Assembly (NCBI GenBank): GCA_963707025.1
Contig: CAVPOM010000018.1
Location: 416,001-480,000 of the forward strand
Direction: 5' to 3'
Source of the DNA: an uncultured Verrucomicrobiae bacterium
GTDB taxonomy: Bacteria; Verrucomicrobiota; Verrucomicrobiia; Limisphaerales; Palsa-1400
Length of the DNA: 64,000 bases
Position numbers and translations under genes: made by a program. The notes under the pieces were generated by a model. It worked only from the letters and a program-made list of their open reading frames with translations, searched no databases and had not been told where the DNA came from. Below, in pieces: positions 42,752 to 52,858 of this stretch; the stretch's first letter is position 1; each line of letters starts with the position of its first letter.

Positions 42752-44041
42752 TTAACGTCCGATGCTCTTGTAGAGAAAGCCCAGGCGGTCCATTTCCGCG
42801 GCGTCGAAAAGGTTGCGGCCATCGAAAATGATGGGGTGGCTCAGGCCGCGGCGCACCCGGTCCAGATCCAGATGCTTGAACTCCGGCCATTCGGTCGCGA
42901 TCACCAGCGCGTCGCAACCTTCGGCGACTTCATTCATGTCGGCCACGTAAGTAACGTCTTTTAGGATCGCCCGCGCCTTGTCCATCGCCTGCGGGTCATG
43001 GACGCGCAGCCGCGCGCCGGCCGCTTGCAGGCGCTGGCACAGTTCGATGGCGGGGGACATGCGGATGTCATCGGTGTTTTGCTTGAAGGCCAGGCCGAGG
43101 ACGCCCAGGGTCTTGCCTTTGACGATCCAGAGAGTGTCGCTGATTTTTTTGACGAAGCGATCCATCTGCGCAGCATTGATGTGCTGGACTTCCTTAAGCA
43201 ACCCGAAGTTGTAGCCGAGCGCCTCAGAGATGTGGATGAAGGCGCTGAGGTCCTTGGGAAAACAACTGCCCCCAAAACCCAGGGAGGCCTCCAGGAACTT
43301 GCCTCCGATGCGCGAGTCCATCCCCATGCCCCGGGCGACTTCCTGCACATTGCCGCCGGATAATTCGCAGACCACAGAGATGGCATTGATATAAGAAATT
43401 TTCAGCGCGAGGAAGCAATTGGCCGCGTGTTTGATCAGTTCGGCCGACTTAATGTCCGTGATGATGACCGGGGCGTGATAGGGCGCGAAAATCTCCTGCA
43501 TGGCGGCGACCGGTCGCGCGGAAGAGACGCCCACCACCACACGGTCCGGTTTCATGAAATCTTCCACGGCAAACCCCTCGCGCAGGAACTCGGGATTGCT
43601 GACGACATCGAACTCCAACTGGGGTTTGCCATAGCGCTTGATGGTTTCGGCGACTTTCTCCCCGGTTTTCACCGGGACAGTGCTTTTGTCCACGACGATG
43701 CGGTAACTGCTCATGGCGGCCGCGATGTCGCGGGAGACGGATTCGATGTAGCTCAAGTCCACCGAGCCATCCGGCAGGGAGGGTGTGGGAACGGCGATGA
43801 AAATGACCTTCGACCGCTCGACCCCTTCCTGGGTGCTGCTGGTGAAGGAGAGCCGGCCGGCGGCGACATTCTTTTGCACCAGTTCGGGCAGGCCGGGTTC
43901 ATAGATGGGCATTCCCCCCTGCTGCAGCACCTTGACTTTATTGACATCACAATCCACACAGGCCACTTCATGTCCGCCCTCGGCGAAACAAGTGCCTGTC
44001 ACCAACCCCACGTAGCCCGTGCCGATGATCGTTATCTTCAT
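42752..44041 (-). CDS. ugd: UDP-glucose 6-dehydrogenase
   Basis: GTGYVGL, KSTVPV, SNPEFLREG, GFGGSCFPKD. Confidence 0.93.
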   Translation of the reverse strand: MKITIIGTGYVGLVTGTCFAEGGHEVACVDCDVNKVKVLQQGGMPIYEPGLPELVQKNVAAGRLSFTSSTQEGVERSKVIFIAVPTPSLPDGSVDLSYIESVSRDIAAAMSSYRIVVDKSTVPVKTGEKVAETIKRYGKPQLEFDVVSNPEFLREGFAVEDFMKPDRVVVGVSSARPVAAMQEIFAPYHAPVIITDIKSAELIKHAANCFLALKISYINAISVVCELSGGNVQEVARGMGMDSRIGGKFLEASLGFGGSCFPKDLSAFIHISEALGYNFGLLKEVQHINAAQMDRFVKKISDTLWIVKGKTLGVLGLAFKQNTDDIRMSPAIELCQRLQAAGARLRVHDPQAMDKARAILKDVTYVADMNEVAEGCDALVIATEWPEFKHLDLDRVRRGLSHPIIFDGRNLFDAAEMDRLGFLYKSIGR

Positions 44042-44069
44042 TTTTCCTTGTTGAACGCTCCCCTTTACG

Positions 44070-44918
44070 TCACCAGCCTGCGCTGGAAGCTGCCTCCGTC
44101 AGGCGGCCAATCGCCCCTTTCCCGTCCGGCAGAAGGGCGGGCCACTTGAGTTGGGAATCGCCGATGGTTATAACAGCCGGGTTCCTGAGGTCCGGCTTGC
44201 CATAGCGAAGCGGGCGACCATCCAGAGAGCAGACCGAACCGCCGGCGGTTTCCACGACACATTGCGCCGCCGCCGTGTCCCATTCCATGGTCGGCAGGTC
44301 GCGCAGGTAGATATCCGCCCGGCCTTCGGCCACGAGACAAAACTTGAGGGAGCTGCCCATGCTTTGAAGGGCAGGCTGGGGCAAACGGGCGAGCAGGGCG
44401 GCGACCATCGGGCCGGCGTGGTCCTTGCTGGCCACGACCGTCATGCGGGAAAAATCCGCGCGGCGGGTGGCGATGGGGACGGGGGCCTGGGCGGACAGTT
44501 GCCGCCAGGCGCCGCTCTTTCTCGCGGCAAAGTAGGTTAAATCCAGCGCCGGCGCATGCACGACGCCCAGCATGGGCCGGCCGCCTTCGATCAAGGCAAT
44601 ATTCACCGTAAATTCTCCGGTGCCTTTCACGAATTCCTTGGTTCCGTCCAATGGGTCCACCAGCCAGAAGCGGCCCTGGCCGTCCGCTGGCCGCCGGCGG
44701 GACTCGGTTGACTCTTCGGAAATCACCGGAACGCCAGGCATGAGGCCCGGCAAATGTTCCGCCAAAAAATGGTGCGAAGCCAAATCCGCTCCGGTCAAGG
44801 GCGACGAGTCGCTCTTGAGCGCAACCGCCGCGTTGCGTCGGTAAAAACCCAGAATCGCCGCGCCGGCTTGAACGGCCAATTCGCAACACCGGGCTAAAAG
44901 TGGATCGAGCGGCTTCAC
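44070..44918 (-). CDS. cysQ: 3'(2'),5'-bisphosphate nucleotidase
   Basis: KSDSSPLT.AD, ISEE, WLVDPLDGTKEF, GSSLKFCLVAEG, EWDTAA; likely GTG start at 44918. Confidence 0.9.
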   Translation of the reverse strand: MKPLDPLLARCCELAVQAGAAILGFYRRNAAVALKSDSSPLTGADLASHHFLAEHLPGLMPGVPVISEESTESRRRPADGQGRFWLVDPLDGTKEFVKGTGEFTVNIALIEGGRPMLGVVHAPALDLTYFAARKSGAWRQLSAQAPVPIATRRADFSRMTVVASKDHAGPMVAALLARLPQPALQSMGSSLKFCLVAEGRADIYLRDLPTMEWDTAAAQCVVETAGGSVCSLDGRPLRYGKPDLRNPAVITIGDSQLKWPALLPDGKGAIGRLTEAASSAGW

Positions 44919-44934
44919 GCAGGCAGGTCGTCTT

Positions 44935-45999
44935 CTATTTTTTTTCCCGCCGCGCGCCGGTCTTTGTTTTTGACGCGGGCGCGCCCGCGGCATCGGCCAC
45001 GTACCAATCCAAGGCCGCATCCAGGCCCCGTTCAAAGCCATAGTCAGGCTGGTAACCCAGCAACCGGCGCGCTTTGCTGATGTCCGCCAGCGTGTGGCGC
45101 ACGTCGCCCGCGCGGAAATCCTGGTAAACCGGCTTGAAGTTTTTAAGGTGCGGGCAGCGCGGCAGCAAGCGCTCGCGCAACAGGCGCCACAGTTCATTCA
45201 AGCTCGTCCGCTCGCCCACCGCCACATTATAGGCCTGGTTGATCGCGCCCGGACGGGTTGTGGTGGCGGCCTTCAGATTGGCCTGCACCACGTTGCTGAT
45301 GTAGCAGAAGTCCCGGCTCGTTTCCCCGTCGCCATTGACCCGCACCGGCTGGTTGCGGATCATGGCGGCAATCCATTTGGGAATCACCGCCGCGTAAGCG
45401 CCCTCCGGATCCTGCCGCGGGCCGAAGACATTGAAATAGCGCAGCCCGATCGTTTCCATCTGGTAGCATCGCGCAAACACGTCCGCGTAAATCTCGTTCA
45501 TCGCCTTGGTCGCGGCGTATGGCGAGACCGGATGGCCGGTGCGCTTTTCGATCTTCGGCAGCCGGTCGTCATCGCCGTAAACCGAACTGCTGGAGGCATA
45601 GACAAACCGGCCCACCCCGGCCTCTCGCGACGCCACCAGCATGTTGACAAATCCGGTGACATTGCTGGCGTGCGACGCCAGCGGATCGTCCACCGAGCGG
45701 GGCACCGACCCCAAAGCCGCCTGATGCAGGACCAGTTGGACCCCTTTGACCGCCCGCCGGCAATCTTCCAGTCGCCGGATATCGCTCTCCCAAAATTTAA
45801 AACGCCTCCATTGCTCCCGCGAGACCGCCTCTCTGACCTGGTCCAGATTCTTCCGGTGGCCGGTGGCGAAGTTATCCAGCCCGGTCACGCGCTGATTAGA
45901 CTTCAGCAGCGTTTCGAGAAGATTCGAGCCGATGAACCCGGCGACGCCGGTCACCAACCATATTTTCCCGTCATTCTTGAGCCTGATTTTTGTGTCCAT
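44935..45999 (-). CDS. UDP-GlcNAc(A) 4-epimerase (WbpP/TviC family)
   Basis: [53 protein letters not shown]. Confidence 0.9.
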   Translation of the reverse strand: MDTKIRLKNDGKIWLVTGVAGFIGSNLLETLLKSNQRVTGLDNFATGHRKNLDQVREAVSREQWRRFKFWESDIRRLEDCRRAVKGVQLVLHQAALGSVPRSVDDPLASHASNVTGFVNMLVASREAGVGRFVYASSSSVYGDDDRLPKIEKRTGHPVSPYAATKAMNEIYADVFARCYQMETIGLRYFNVFGPRQDPEGAYAAVIPKWIAAMIRNQPVRVNGDGETSRDFCYISNVVQANLKAATTTRPGAINQAYNVAVGERTSLNELWRLLRERLLPRCPHLKNFKPVYQDFRAGDVRHTLADISKARRLLGYQPDYGFERGLDAALDWYVADAAGAPASKTKTGARREKK

Positions 46000-46113
46000 A
46001 AATTTGAGCGGAAACGATGGCTCCAACCAGCCGGTCCACCCTGGCGCCGTGGCGCAAAGACAGCTTTTGCCGGCCTTGGATTCTCTCCCGCAGCATTGTC
46101 CAAACCGACAACC

Positions 46114-46554
46114 TCACACGACCTTCCGGGCAAAACTCAGCTTGCCCCGGGCCACCACAGTATCCTCCACACGGGCGACTCCTTCGACCAAGGCCGCATT
46201 CTCCACCATTTTCAGGACATTGATTTCCATGGTCATGGTATGACCGGGCAACACGGGGGCCAGGAATCTCATGTCGTTGACGGCGGCCAGCGCCATGAAT
46301 TCCCCCGGCTTCATGCCTTTGCCCGTCGTCTGGCTGAAGAGGATGGAAGCGCTTTGCCCAATGGCTTCAATGATGAAAGTTCCGGGCATGATGGCGAACT
46401 CTGGGAAGTGGCCCAGGAATTGAATCTCACTGCCCGTCACGTTTTTGAGGGTCTTGATGCGTTTGCCCGGTTCCAATTCCAAGACCCGGTCCACCATGAT
46501 CAGCGGGAAGCGCTGCTTCAAGTGGTCTTTCAGTTCCGCAAAGGTCATCACCAT
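46114..46554 (-). CDS. FabZ-like 3-hydroxyacyl-ACP dehydratase
   Basis: QRFPLIMVDRV, KNVT, GHFP...MPGTFIIEAIGQ (His/Glu dyad). Confidence 0.88.
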   Translation of the reverse strand: MVMTFAELKDHLKQRFPLIMVDRVLELEPGKRIKTLKNVTGSEIQFLGHFPEFAIMPGTFIIEAIGQSASILFSQTTGKGMKPGEFMALAAVNDMRFLAPVLPGHTMTMEINVLKMVENAALVEGVARVEDTVVARGKLSFARKVV

Positions 46555-46586
46555 AATGAAGGGTTGGGCAATTCGGATGGCCCGGC

Positions 46587-47489
46587 TCAACGCCGGCGCA
46601 GGATCATGGCCAGGGCGCGGGGGAGAAAACGGCCGCCCGGAACCGGGTTGCCCGCATCACAGACCAGCCGCGTCACACGAAGGCCGACTTCCTCGGCCAT
46701 CTGGAGCGCCTCACTTTCGCGATGATACTCGTAAGTATGATCGCGTTGGGCTGATTCCAGCGCGGTGCTGAAAAAGACCAGGCCGTCGTCGGCGAGATGA
46801 TGGGCGATGACTTTAAACAACAGGCGCGGATCTTGCAGATGCTCTGCCAGCATGGCGGCAATGATGCCTTGATACGTCTTACCCGGACCCATCAGGTTCA
46901 AATTGAGCGCGTCCTTAACCTCGAAGTTCACGCGCTGCCCAAACCCGGTCACGGCCAGCAGCCGCTTTGAGACAGCCACCGCCGGCGGACTGATGTCAAA
47001 ACCGTCCAGATGAATGTCGGGCCTTTCCTTGGCTGCCAGCAGGCCCATGACTCCATGGCCGGAGGCCAGTTCGAGGACTTTCGCGCCCTTCGGCACCCCT
47101 TTGATGAATTCGTCCCGGTATAAGGCGATGTGGCTGATCATCGAAGGCCAGAATGGATAAATTAAAATGGCGGCCCACATGTAGGGAACCATGTAGCCTT
47201 CTGACTCATAGACATTGGAAATGACATCCGGCATTGCTTGAGGTTCGTAGCGCCCGGTTTTCTCGTACTGTTGCTGGCACTTCCAGACGCCCAGGCAGTA
47301 CTTGGCGTAGCCCTCGGCGGCGTCGTCAAAGGCGCGTTCGCCGTAGGCCGCGCCAGCCCAGAGGGCCAGGGGATCCAACAACCAGGAACAGAGGCCCGCA
47401 TTGGCCTCATAGGTGGCCCGCACGGCGGGAGCAAATATCCTGGCCTTTTTCTCCAAACTTCTTAGAAACGAATTGGCGTCGGTCACCAT
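46587..47489 (-). CDS. Class I SAM-dependent methyltransferase
   Basis: VLELASGHG, GFDIS, LAEHLQDP motifs. Confidence 0.8.
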   Translation of the reverse strand: MVTDANSFLRSLEKKARIFAPAVRATYEANAGLCSWLLDPLALWAGAAYGERAFDDAAEGYAKYCLGVWKCQQQYEKTGRYEPQAMPDVISNVYESEGYMVPYMWAAILIYPFWPSMISHIALYRDEFIKGVPKGAKVLELASGHGVMGLLAAKERPDIHLDGFDISPPAVAVSKRLLAVTGFGQRVNFEVKDALNLNLMGPGKTYQGIIAAMLAEHLQDPRLLFKVIAHHLADDGLVFFSTALESAQRDHTYEYHRESEALQMAEEVGLRVTRLVCDAGNPVPGGRFLPRALAMILRRR

Positions 47490-47512
47490 TTGAATTTTCC
47501 TCGTTAGTGTGT

Positions 47513-48778
47513 TTAGTGTGTTCCATCGGCCGAGCGAACATGACGCACCATGCGGACCATGGGCCGGACCAGATCCACCCCGTCCCACGGAGGGACAAAA
47601 GCATGCATGCGTCCCAGCTTGACGATCCGATCCACGCCTCTTCTGGCGGCCAGTCCGGCCAGTTTGCCCTCTTTCTCCGGATCCGCCATGCCCAAACCCA
47701 GCGTCTGCATGACCCCATCAAACTTTGAAGCCGCCTCAATTAAACTGTCCACCTCCAGAACCGTCAACGTTTTCCCTTGCGTGGGTTGGGGCAGGTCCGA
47801 TCCCGCGCCGAAGAGCAGCGTCCAATCCGGCCCCATCGGAAAGACGGCCCGATGCGCGGTGTCCTGCAACAGCCAGGCCGTGCGGGCCTGGCAAATGGCT
47901 GAGGTCAATCCGGATGCAATGGTTTGCCGCGGATGCGCCTTGTTTTCGGCTTCAAAGGCGCGCCTCAGGACTGACAGAAATTGAGCCGTCGGCAGGCCCG
48001 CCTCATTTTCGAGGAACAGAACCTGGGGCGACGAACAGGCCTGCTGGTCAAATTGCCAGACATCCCGCGCCAGCCGCACGCACCAAGTCTCCTGGACCTC
48101 AGGGTTGTTCCAAGTGCCCGCGTCCATCGCGGCGACGGACATTCTGGGACCGAAGACCGCGATTCTCGCCCAATGAGGAAAAGGCAGTGCCCGCACGCTC
48201 AAAACAGACTCTTTTCCGCCCCAAATCATCGCGCCGTCCACCGATTGAGCCATCGTTTCATGCAAATCCTGCCGGCCATGCTCGAATGCCGCCATAAAAA
48301 TGCGGGAGGTTAGCGATTGCCCCGGGTCGCTTTGCGCCAGCTTTCCCATCACCCGCCGCGTCACCTCGGTCAAACCTTCCGGGACGCGGACCATAGCGGC
48401 ATTGCCCCCCAACAGAGCGCACGTCATGGACAGAAGCGGCTGGATTTCCACATTGCCGGCAGGCCAGTGGCCCACCACGCCGACGGGGTAGGCCTTGCAC
48501 TGGGCGCGGCCATATTCAGTCCACCCGCCATGCAACGCGTTGGCTCCAAGTTCGCGCGCAATAATCGGTTCCAAATTCCCCCGCTTCAGCCACATCCGAA
48601 GGAAAAGTATTCCGGGAATATCGTCCATTTCGCGTGCGTCCAGGCTCCCGGCCCAAGCATCGAAAACGGTCATCACATCGTCGGGCGGGATTTCCCGCTC
48701 CACAACCCGTTGGCGCAGTTGGACCGCCGCGCAGGAAATCTCGGCGGGGGCCTGAACATCATGGATCAGATTTGTCAT
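47513..48778 (-). CDS. LuxC-like acyl-CoA/acyl-protein reductase
   Basis: HWPAGNV, WGG, FGPRMS, FDQQACSSPQ (catalytic Cys), GVDRIVKLG...PWDG. Confidence 0.88.
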   Translation of the reverse strand: MTNLIHDVQAPAEISCAAVQLRQRVVEREIPPDDVMTVFDAWAGSLDAREMDDIPGILFLRMWLKRGNLEPIIARELGANALHGGWTEYGRAQCKAYPVGVVGHWPAGNVEIQPLLSMTCALLGGNAAMVRVPEGLTEVTRRVMGKLAQSDPGQSLTSRIFMAAFEHGRQDLHETMAQSVDGAMIWGGKESVLSVRALPFPHWARIAVFGPRMSVAAMDAGTWNNPEVQETWCVRLARDVWQFDQQACSSPQVLFLENEAGLPTAQFLSVLRRAFEAENKAHPRQTIASGLTSAICQARTAWLLQDTAHRAVFPMGPDWTLLFGAGSDLPQPTQGKTLTVLEVDSLIEAASKFDGVMQTLGLGMADPEKEGKLAGLAARRGVDRIVKLGRMHAFVPPWDGVDLVRPMVRMVRHVRSADGTH

Positions 48779-48793
48779 CGAAAAACCCGCCGT

Positions 48794-49918
48794 TCAACTT
48801 ACGGGATCTCGTTTGCTTTGCAGATTTCCGCAGCCCCGCACCTCCGCCTTGGGAATGCGTCCGGCAAAGCGGAAACTGATGCCCCGTCTCCCGCAAGGGC
48901 AACAATCATAAGCGACCACTTTGGCTAAGTCCTCCGTGAGCAGCAAATGGCCGGGGAAGCTGGTGGGCAAAACACTGCAAACCTGAACGATGCCGTGTTC
49001 TCCCGCGGCAACGGGCTGCAGCGTCAATGGATTCCTGACAATCACCTCGCCAAAGGCCGGGCTGTGTTTGTTCCCCTCGGGACAATCCGGAAAAATAACC
49101 CCCACGCTCTCCACCATGCCATAGAAATCAATGACGCATTCCGGCGAACACCCAAAGACCCGGGCCAAGCCCTCGTTGAAAGCTGCTTTTTCCACGGCTT
49201 GTTCCTGCAAACGTTTCCAGCCGCCGCTGTGCAGGATGCGGACCTTGGGCAAATTCAAACACGCGCCATCGGCCAGGAGCGGCTTGACCAGGTGGTTCCA
49301 CAGAATATAGGTGAAGCCATAAACCAGCAACTCGGCATCCTGCCGGTCCCGGGCGAATTCTCTCAGTTTGTCCCGATCCAAAATCAGTTCATCCTGGTCA
49401 TTTAGGCCAAGACAATAGGTGGCCTCGCTGGCAAAAGGCTGCAACCCCTGAATCGCCGCCCCCCTGGCCCCAAGTTCGTTCCCGTCTCCCCTGTAGCCTG
49501 GCACGTCCACCACCAAATACGGCCGGCGGGCCGGTCCAATGTAATCTCGCACAATGGTCACAATTCCCTTGGTCATCCGTCGCGAGGTTGGCCCATCAAT
49601 CGCCACACGGCTGGGCGATTGAGAGGTTGTCGCGCTCGAGGTCAGGGTTCTCTTAATCTCGCCCGGACCCACCAGGGACAGCGGAGGATTGGCTTTAAGA
49701 ACCCCCACAGGCAAAAAAGGAAGGGAAGCCACGTCACCTGCGGCGCTATAGTCCGATGGCCAGCCCCGCACATAATTTTCATAACCCGCGTGGCGCTGGC
49801 AGGCGTAATGCAACTCATCCTTGAGCAATTCCAACAGCCCCGCCTGTTTCTCCCCGGGAGGCTGGCTATAGGGAGGAATGGACAGCAAGCGGCTTATTTT
49901 ATCATCCAATGATTGCAT
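48794..49918 (-). CDS. LuxE-like acyl-protein synthetase
   Basis: LPFLPV..LK, SSATT, HSGGWKRL, DFYGMVE, SFPGHLLLTEDL, C-terminal EVRGC acyl-accepting Cys. Confidence 0.9.
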   Translation of the reverse strand: MQSLDDKISRLLSIPPYSQPPGEKQAGLLELLKDELHYACQRHAGYENYVRGWPSDYSAAGDVASLPFLPVGVLKANPPLSLVGPGEIKRTLTSSATTSQSPSRVAIDGPTSRRMTKGIVTIVRDYIGPARRPYLVVDVPGYRGDGNELGARGAAIQGLQPFASEATYCLGLNDQDELILDRDKLREFARDRQDAELLVYGFTYILWNHLVKPLLADGACLNLPKVRILHSGGWKRLQEQAVEKAAFNEGLARVFGCSPECVIDFYGMVESVGVIFPDCPEGNKHSPAFGEVIVRNPLTLQPVAAGEHGIVQVCSVLPTSFPGHLLLTEDLAKVVAYDCCPCGRRGISFRFAGRIPKAEVRGCGNLQSKRDPVS

Positions 49919-51392
49919 GGAGGCTTTTGCCCTGAACGGGGAGCGAGATGCGCGCTATCTTCCCGGTGGAGGTCTTCGGCAATTCAGAAACCAAATGAAT
50001 GGAGTCCAAAGCCCAATGGGCCGGAAGATGGCGGCGAACCTCTTCCACCCCAAGGTTCGCTCCCGGCTCGGGCACGATAAACAACACCAGCGCCTCTCCC
50101 GCTTCCGGATGCTCCACCGCGCGGGCGGCGCATTCATAGACCCCTGGCATGGAGGCCACGGTTTCCTCAGCTTCCGTAAAACTCACCCGCATCCCTCGCA
50201 TTTTCAGAAAGGACCCTTGCCGTCCTTCGATCCACAGATACCCTTCCTCATCCTGCCGGGCCAGATCCCCGGTGCGCAGCCAGCCGTCCCCGAAGACCCG
50301 TTCCGTTTCCACCGGGTTGTTCCAATAACCCGAGGAGATGGACGGTCCCTTGGCCCACAGTTGGCCGGTTTGCCCTGTGCGCAAATCATTTCCCTGCTCA
50401 TCCATGATCCGCACCGTCAGGTTGTCCAGCGGGCGGCCCACGCTGCCGGGTTTCTCTTCCCACCGTTCCGGTTCCAGGCACGATATGCGGGCCGTCGCTT
50501 CAGTTTGTCCGTACATCACGTAAAACTTCGTCATGGGCAATGCCGCCCGCATCTCATTCACTTTCTCCGGCGCCAGGCGGCCCCCGGCCTGGAGAAAACG
50601 CCGCAAGGAAGGCATGGCGATCCCCCGAAAATTGGAACGTCGCAGCAGCACATTATAAACCGTCGGCACCCCGGCAAAGGTGGTGCAGCCATGCTCGGCC
50701 ACCGCTCGCAGCACTTTGTCTGGAAACATAAAGCGGCGGTCAAAGACCACGCCACCTCCCGCATATAGATGCGTATGCAGCACACTCGTCCCAAAACAGT
50801 AGCTCAACGGGAGAATCAGCATGGCCCTGTCGTCGCCCGCCAATTGTTGGCTGCGGATGATGGCTTCGGTATTGGCGATCAGGTTCCCGTGGCTGACCAT
50901 GACGAAACGAGGAACGCCGGTGGATCCGGACGTGGCCATCAACGCCGCCAGATCCGAGTCATGGACTGCCGCCGCCGGCATCTTGTCTGACCTGTCCCCG
51001 GCCAAGTCCCCGCGCAGCATGAGGATCGAGCCTTGGTCAATCCCCCCGTCCCGGAGACCTGTTTCGGTCCACACGGCTTTGGCCCCGCTTGCCTCCAGCA
51101 GCGTCCCCAGCGACGTTGTCACCGCGCGCTCTTCCACCGGCACCGCCACCAGGCCGGCGTAGATGGCTCCCAGATAGACCAGGGCGCTGGCAGGAGACAA
51201 AGAACAGCCGATCAACACCCGGTCTCCTTTTCTCAAACCAGCCGAAACCAAGGAAAGGCCATGCGCCGCGATCAACCGCGGCAAATCTTCCGGGTCAATC
51301 GCGCGGCCGGTGGCCGCATCAATCAGCCAGGAACACGGCCCAAGGCGCTGCACCAGGCGCCCGGCAAAATTTACTTCTGCCGCCGCTGTCAC
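49902..51392 (-). CDS. AMP-forming acyl-CoA/acyl-ACP ligase
   Basis: TSGSTGVP, MYGQTEA, LRTGD, PKTSTGK adenylation motifs; GTG start immediately after the ACP stop. Confidence 0.9.
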   Translation of the reverse strand: MTAAAEVNFAGRLVQRLGPCSWLIDAATGRAIDPEDLPRLIAAHGLSLVSAGLRKGDRVLIGCSLSPASALVYLGAIYAGLVAVPVEERAVTTSLGTLLEASGAKAVWTETGLRDGGIDQGSILMLRGDLAGDRSDKMPAAAVHDSDLAALMATSGSTGVPRFVMVSHGNLIANTEAIIRSQQLAGDDRAMLILPLSYCFGTSVLHTHLYAGGGVVFDRRFMFPDKVLRAVAEHGCTTFAGVPTVYNVLLRRSNFRGIAMPSLRRFLQAGGRLAPEKVNEMRAALPMTKFYVMYGQTEATARISCLEPERWEEKPGSVGRPLDNLTVRIMDEQGNDLRTGQTGQLWAKGPSISSGYWNNPVETERVFGDGWLRTGDLARQDEEGYLWIEGRQGSFLKMRGMRVSFTEAEETVASMPGVYECAARAVEHPEAGEALVLFIVPEPGANLGVEEVRRHLPAHWALDSIHLVSELPKTSTGKIARISLPVQGKSLHAIIG

Positions 51393-51393
51393 C

Positions 51394-51648
51394 TTAGGCT
51401 CCCTTGGCCAGCTTTGCCTGGATGATGCGCACGATCTCGCGAACATTCTCCATTTCAATCATCTCATCCACATCCAGGTTGATTTTGAACTCCGTCTCCA
51501 GATTGCTGGCCAAAGACAAATGACCCACAGAATCCCAACCCGGGATATCGCGTGCGGCAGTCTCCATGGATACTTTTTGTGGTTCGATGTCAAAGGAAGC
51601 TTTGAAGACTTCCCGGACTTTGTTTAAAATGCCGTCTGTATCGTTCAT
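51394..51648 (-). CDS. Acyl carrier protein
   Basis: 84 aa acidic protein with GWDSVGH phosphopantetheine site. Confidence 0.9.
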   Translation of the reverse strand: MNDTDGILNKVREVFKASFDIEPQKVSMETAARDIPGWDSVGHLSLASNLETEFKINLDVDEMIEMENVREIVRIIQAKLAKGA

Positions 51649-51677
51649 TTAATGTGTTTATCTTTCGTAAGTTGTTC

Positions 51678-52451
51678 TCATACCATTATCCCCGTGCCCC
51701 CGTCTATAACAAGAGTTTGCCCGATGATCCCCGACGCCGCATCGGAGAAAAGGAATTGCGCCCCATACGCAACCTCCTCGGCTGTCACCAGACGCCCCGC
51801 CGGAGTCCGGCGGATGGCCTCGGCAATTCGGTTTTCGGCATCCGGCAACGCCTTCCAGACATCCGTCAGCACCGCCCCGGCCGTGATAATGTTGACACGA
51901 ATGCCGCGCGGGGCCAGTTCGACGGCCAGATGGCGGGCCAGGGCCTCCAGCGCGCCCTTGGACGAACCAACTGCGCCATAGCCCGGCTGGAAGCGCAAGG
52001 CTCCCCAGGAACTGACCGCCACGACGCTTGATCCCTTGGAAAAGCGCGCCAGCAGCAGCTTGATCACCTTGAAAAAGGCGCCGACATTCAGGCTAAAAGT
52101 AAAGTCGAAATGCCGCCAGTCAAGTTCCTCCACGGAGCGATGAACCCCGGTCGCGGCACAATGGACCAATCCGGAAAGTTGCGGACCCACCTCCGCAACC
52201 GAGCGGTCCAACTGTTCCAAACCCCGGTCGTTCGTCAGATCCGCCCGGCACAAGCGGATGCCCAAACCTTCTTCCGTGGCGATCGCCTTCAATTCCTCTG
52301 CCGCCTTTTGGTTGCGCACAAAGTTCGCGATGACGGTGGCTCCGGCCCGCGCAAAACGAAGTGAAATGGCGCGACCAATGCCGCGCGTGCCCCCGGTCAC
52401 CAAAATCGTCCGGCCGGACAAGGAAAATAAATTATTCGGACTTATGCCCAT
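51678..52451 (-). CDS. SDR, FabL-like enoyl-ACP reductase
   Basis: TGGTRGIG, CAATGV, YGAVGSSK (Yx6K spacing of enoyl reductases), GQTLVIDGG. Confidence 0.8.
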   Translation of the reverse strand: MGISPNNLFSLSGRTILVTGGTRGIGRAISLRFARAGATVIANFVRNQKAAEELKAIATEEGLGIRLCRADLTNDRGLEQLDRSVAEVGPQLSGLVHCAATGVHRSVEELDWRHFDFTFSLNVGAFFKVIKLLLARFSKGSSVVAVSSWGALRFQPGYGAVGSSKGALEALARHLAVELAPRGIRVNIITAGAVLTDVWKALPDAENRIAEAIRRTPAGRLVTAEEVAYGAQFLFSDAASGIIGQTLVIDGGTGIMV

Positions 52452-52840
52452 AACGGCTCAAATATACCTGTTCTTCCAGCCAACCATCGGACTGCAACGG
52501 TCACGCACTTCAACCAGAATCTTGCGAACGATGGGCCGCAAGGACGGCGGAGGCGGCGCCGTCGTTTTGAAGTCAACGCCATTTTTCCGCGAACAGGCCA
52601 CCACCAGATTCTCCGCTTGCTTGACAGGAAAAGAGCCGCACACGCCGTTGCTGGCGAGCTGGGACGCGCTTCGCTGCTCGTGGCCGCAAAGAAAAGTCAG
52701 ATCTTCGCCCTCCTCCCCCGGCCCGAGCCAGGGGCGGTGGTGTATCCAGAGTTCTTCCACACCGTCGGCAATGGAGGGATGAATCCGGTGTGAGCAGGGG
52801 CGGATATGGAGGGCCCGCCCCCGCCGAAGTTTCTTTTAAT

Positions 52841-52858
52841 TGGCACGCATGATGCCAG
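52841..52858 (-). promoter_or_regulatory. Putative sigma-54 promoter for the FabL-to-PrsT gene run
   Basis: Minus strand CTGGCATCATGCGTGCCA has GG-N10-GC spacing. It is near-palindromic (TGGCA-N7-TGCCA) and about 390 nt from the fabL-like ATG. Confidence 0.45.

Noticed and set aside
45094..46725. 543 aa plus-strand ORF and similar long antisense ORFs (22571..23749, 41468..42601, 56565..57869, 59934..61436)
   Set aside because: All lie opposite well-supported minus-strand genes and lack recognisable domains.
47513..49918. Bioluminescence operon
   Set aside because: No luxA, luxB or luxD in the window; the context is glycan and fatty-acyl tailoring.
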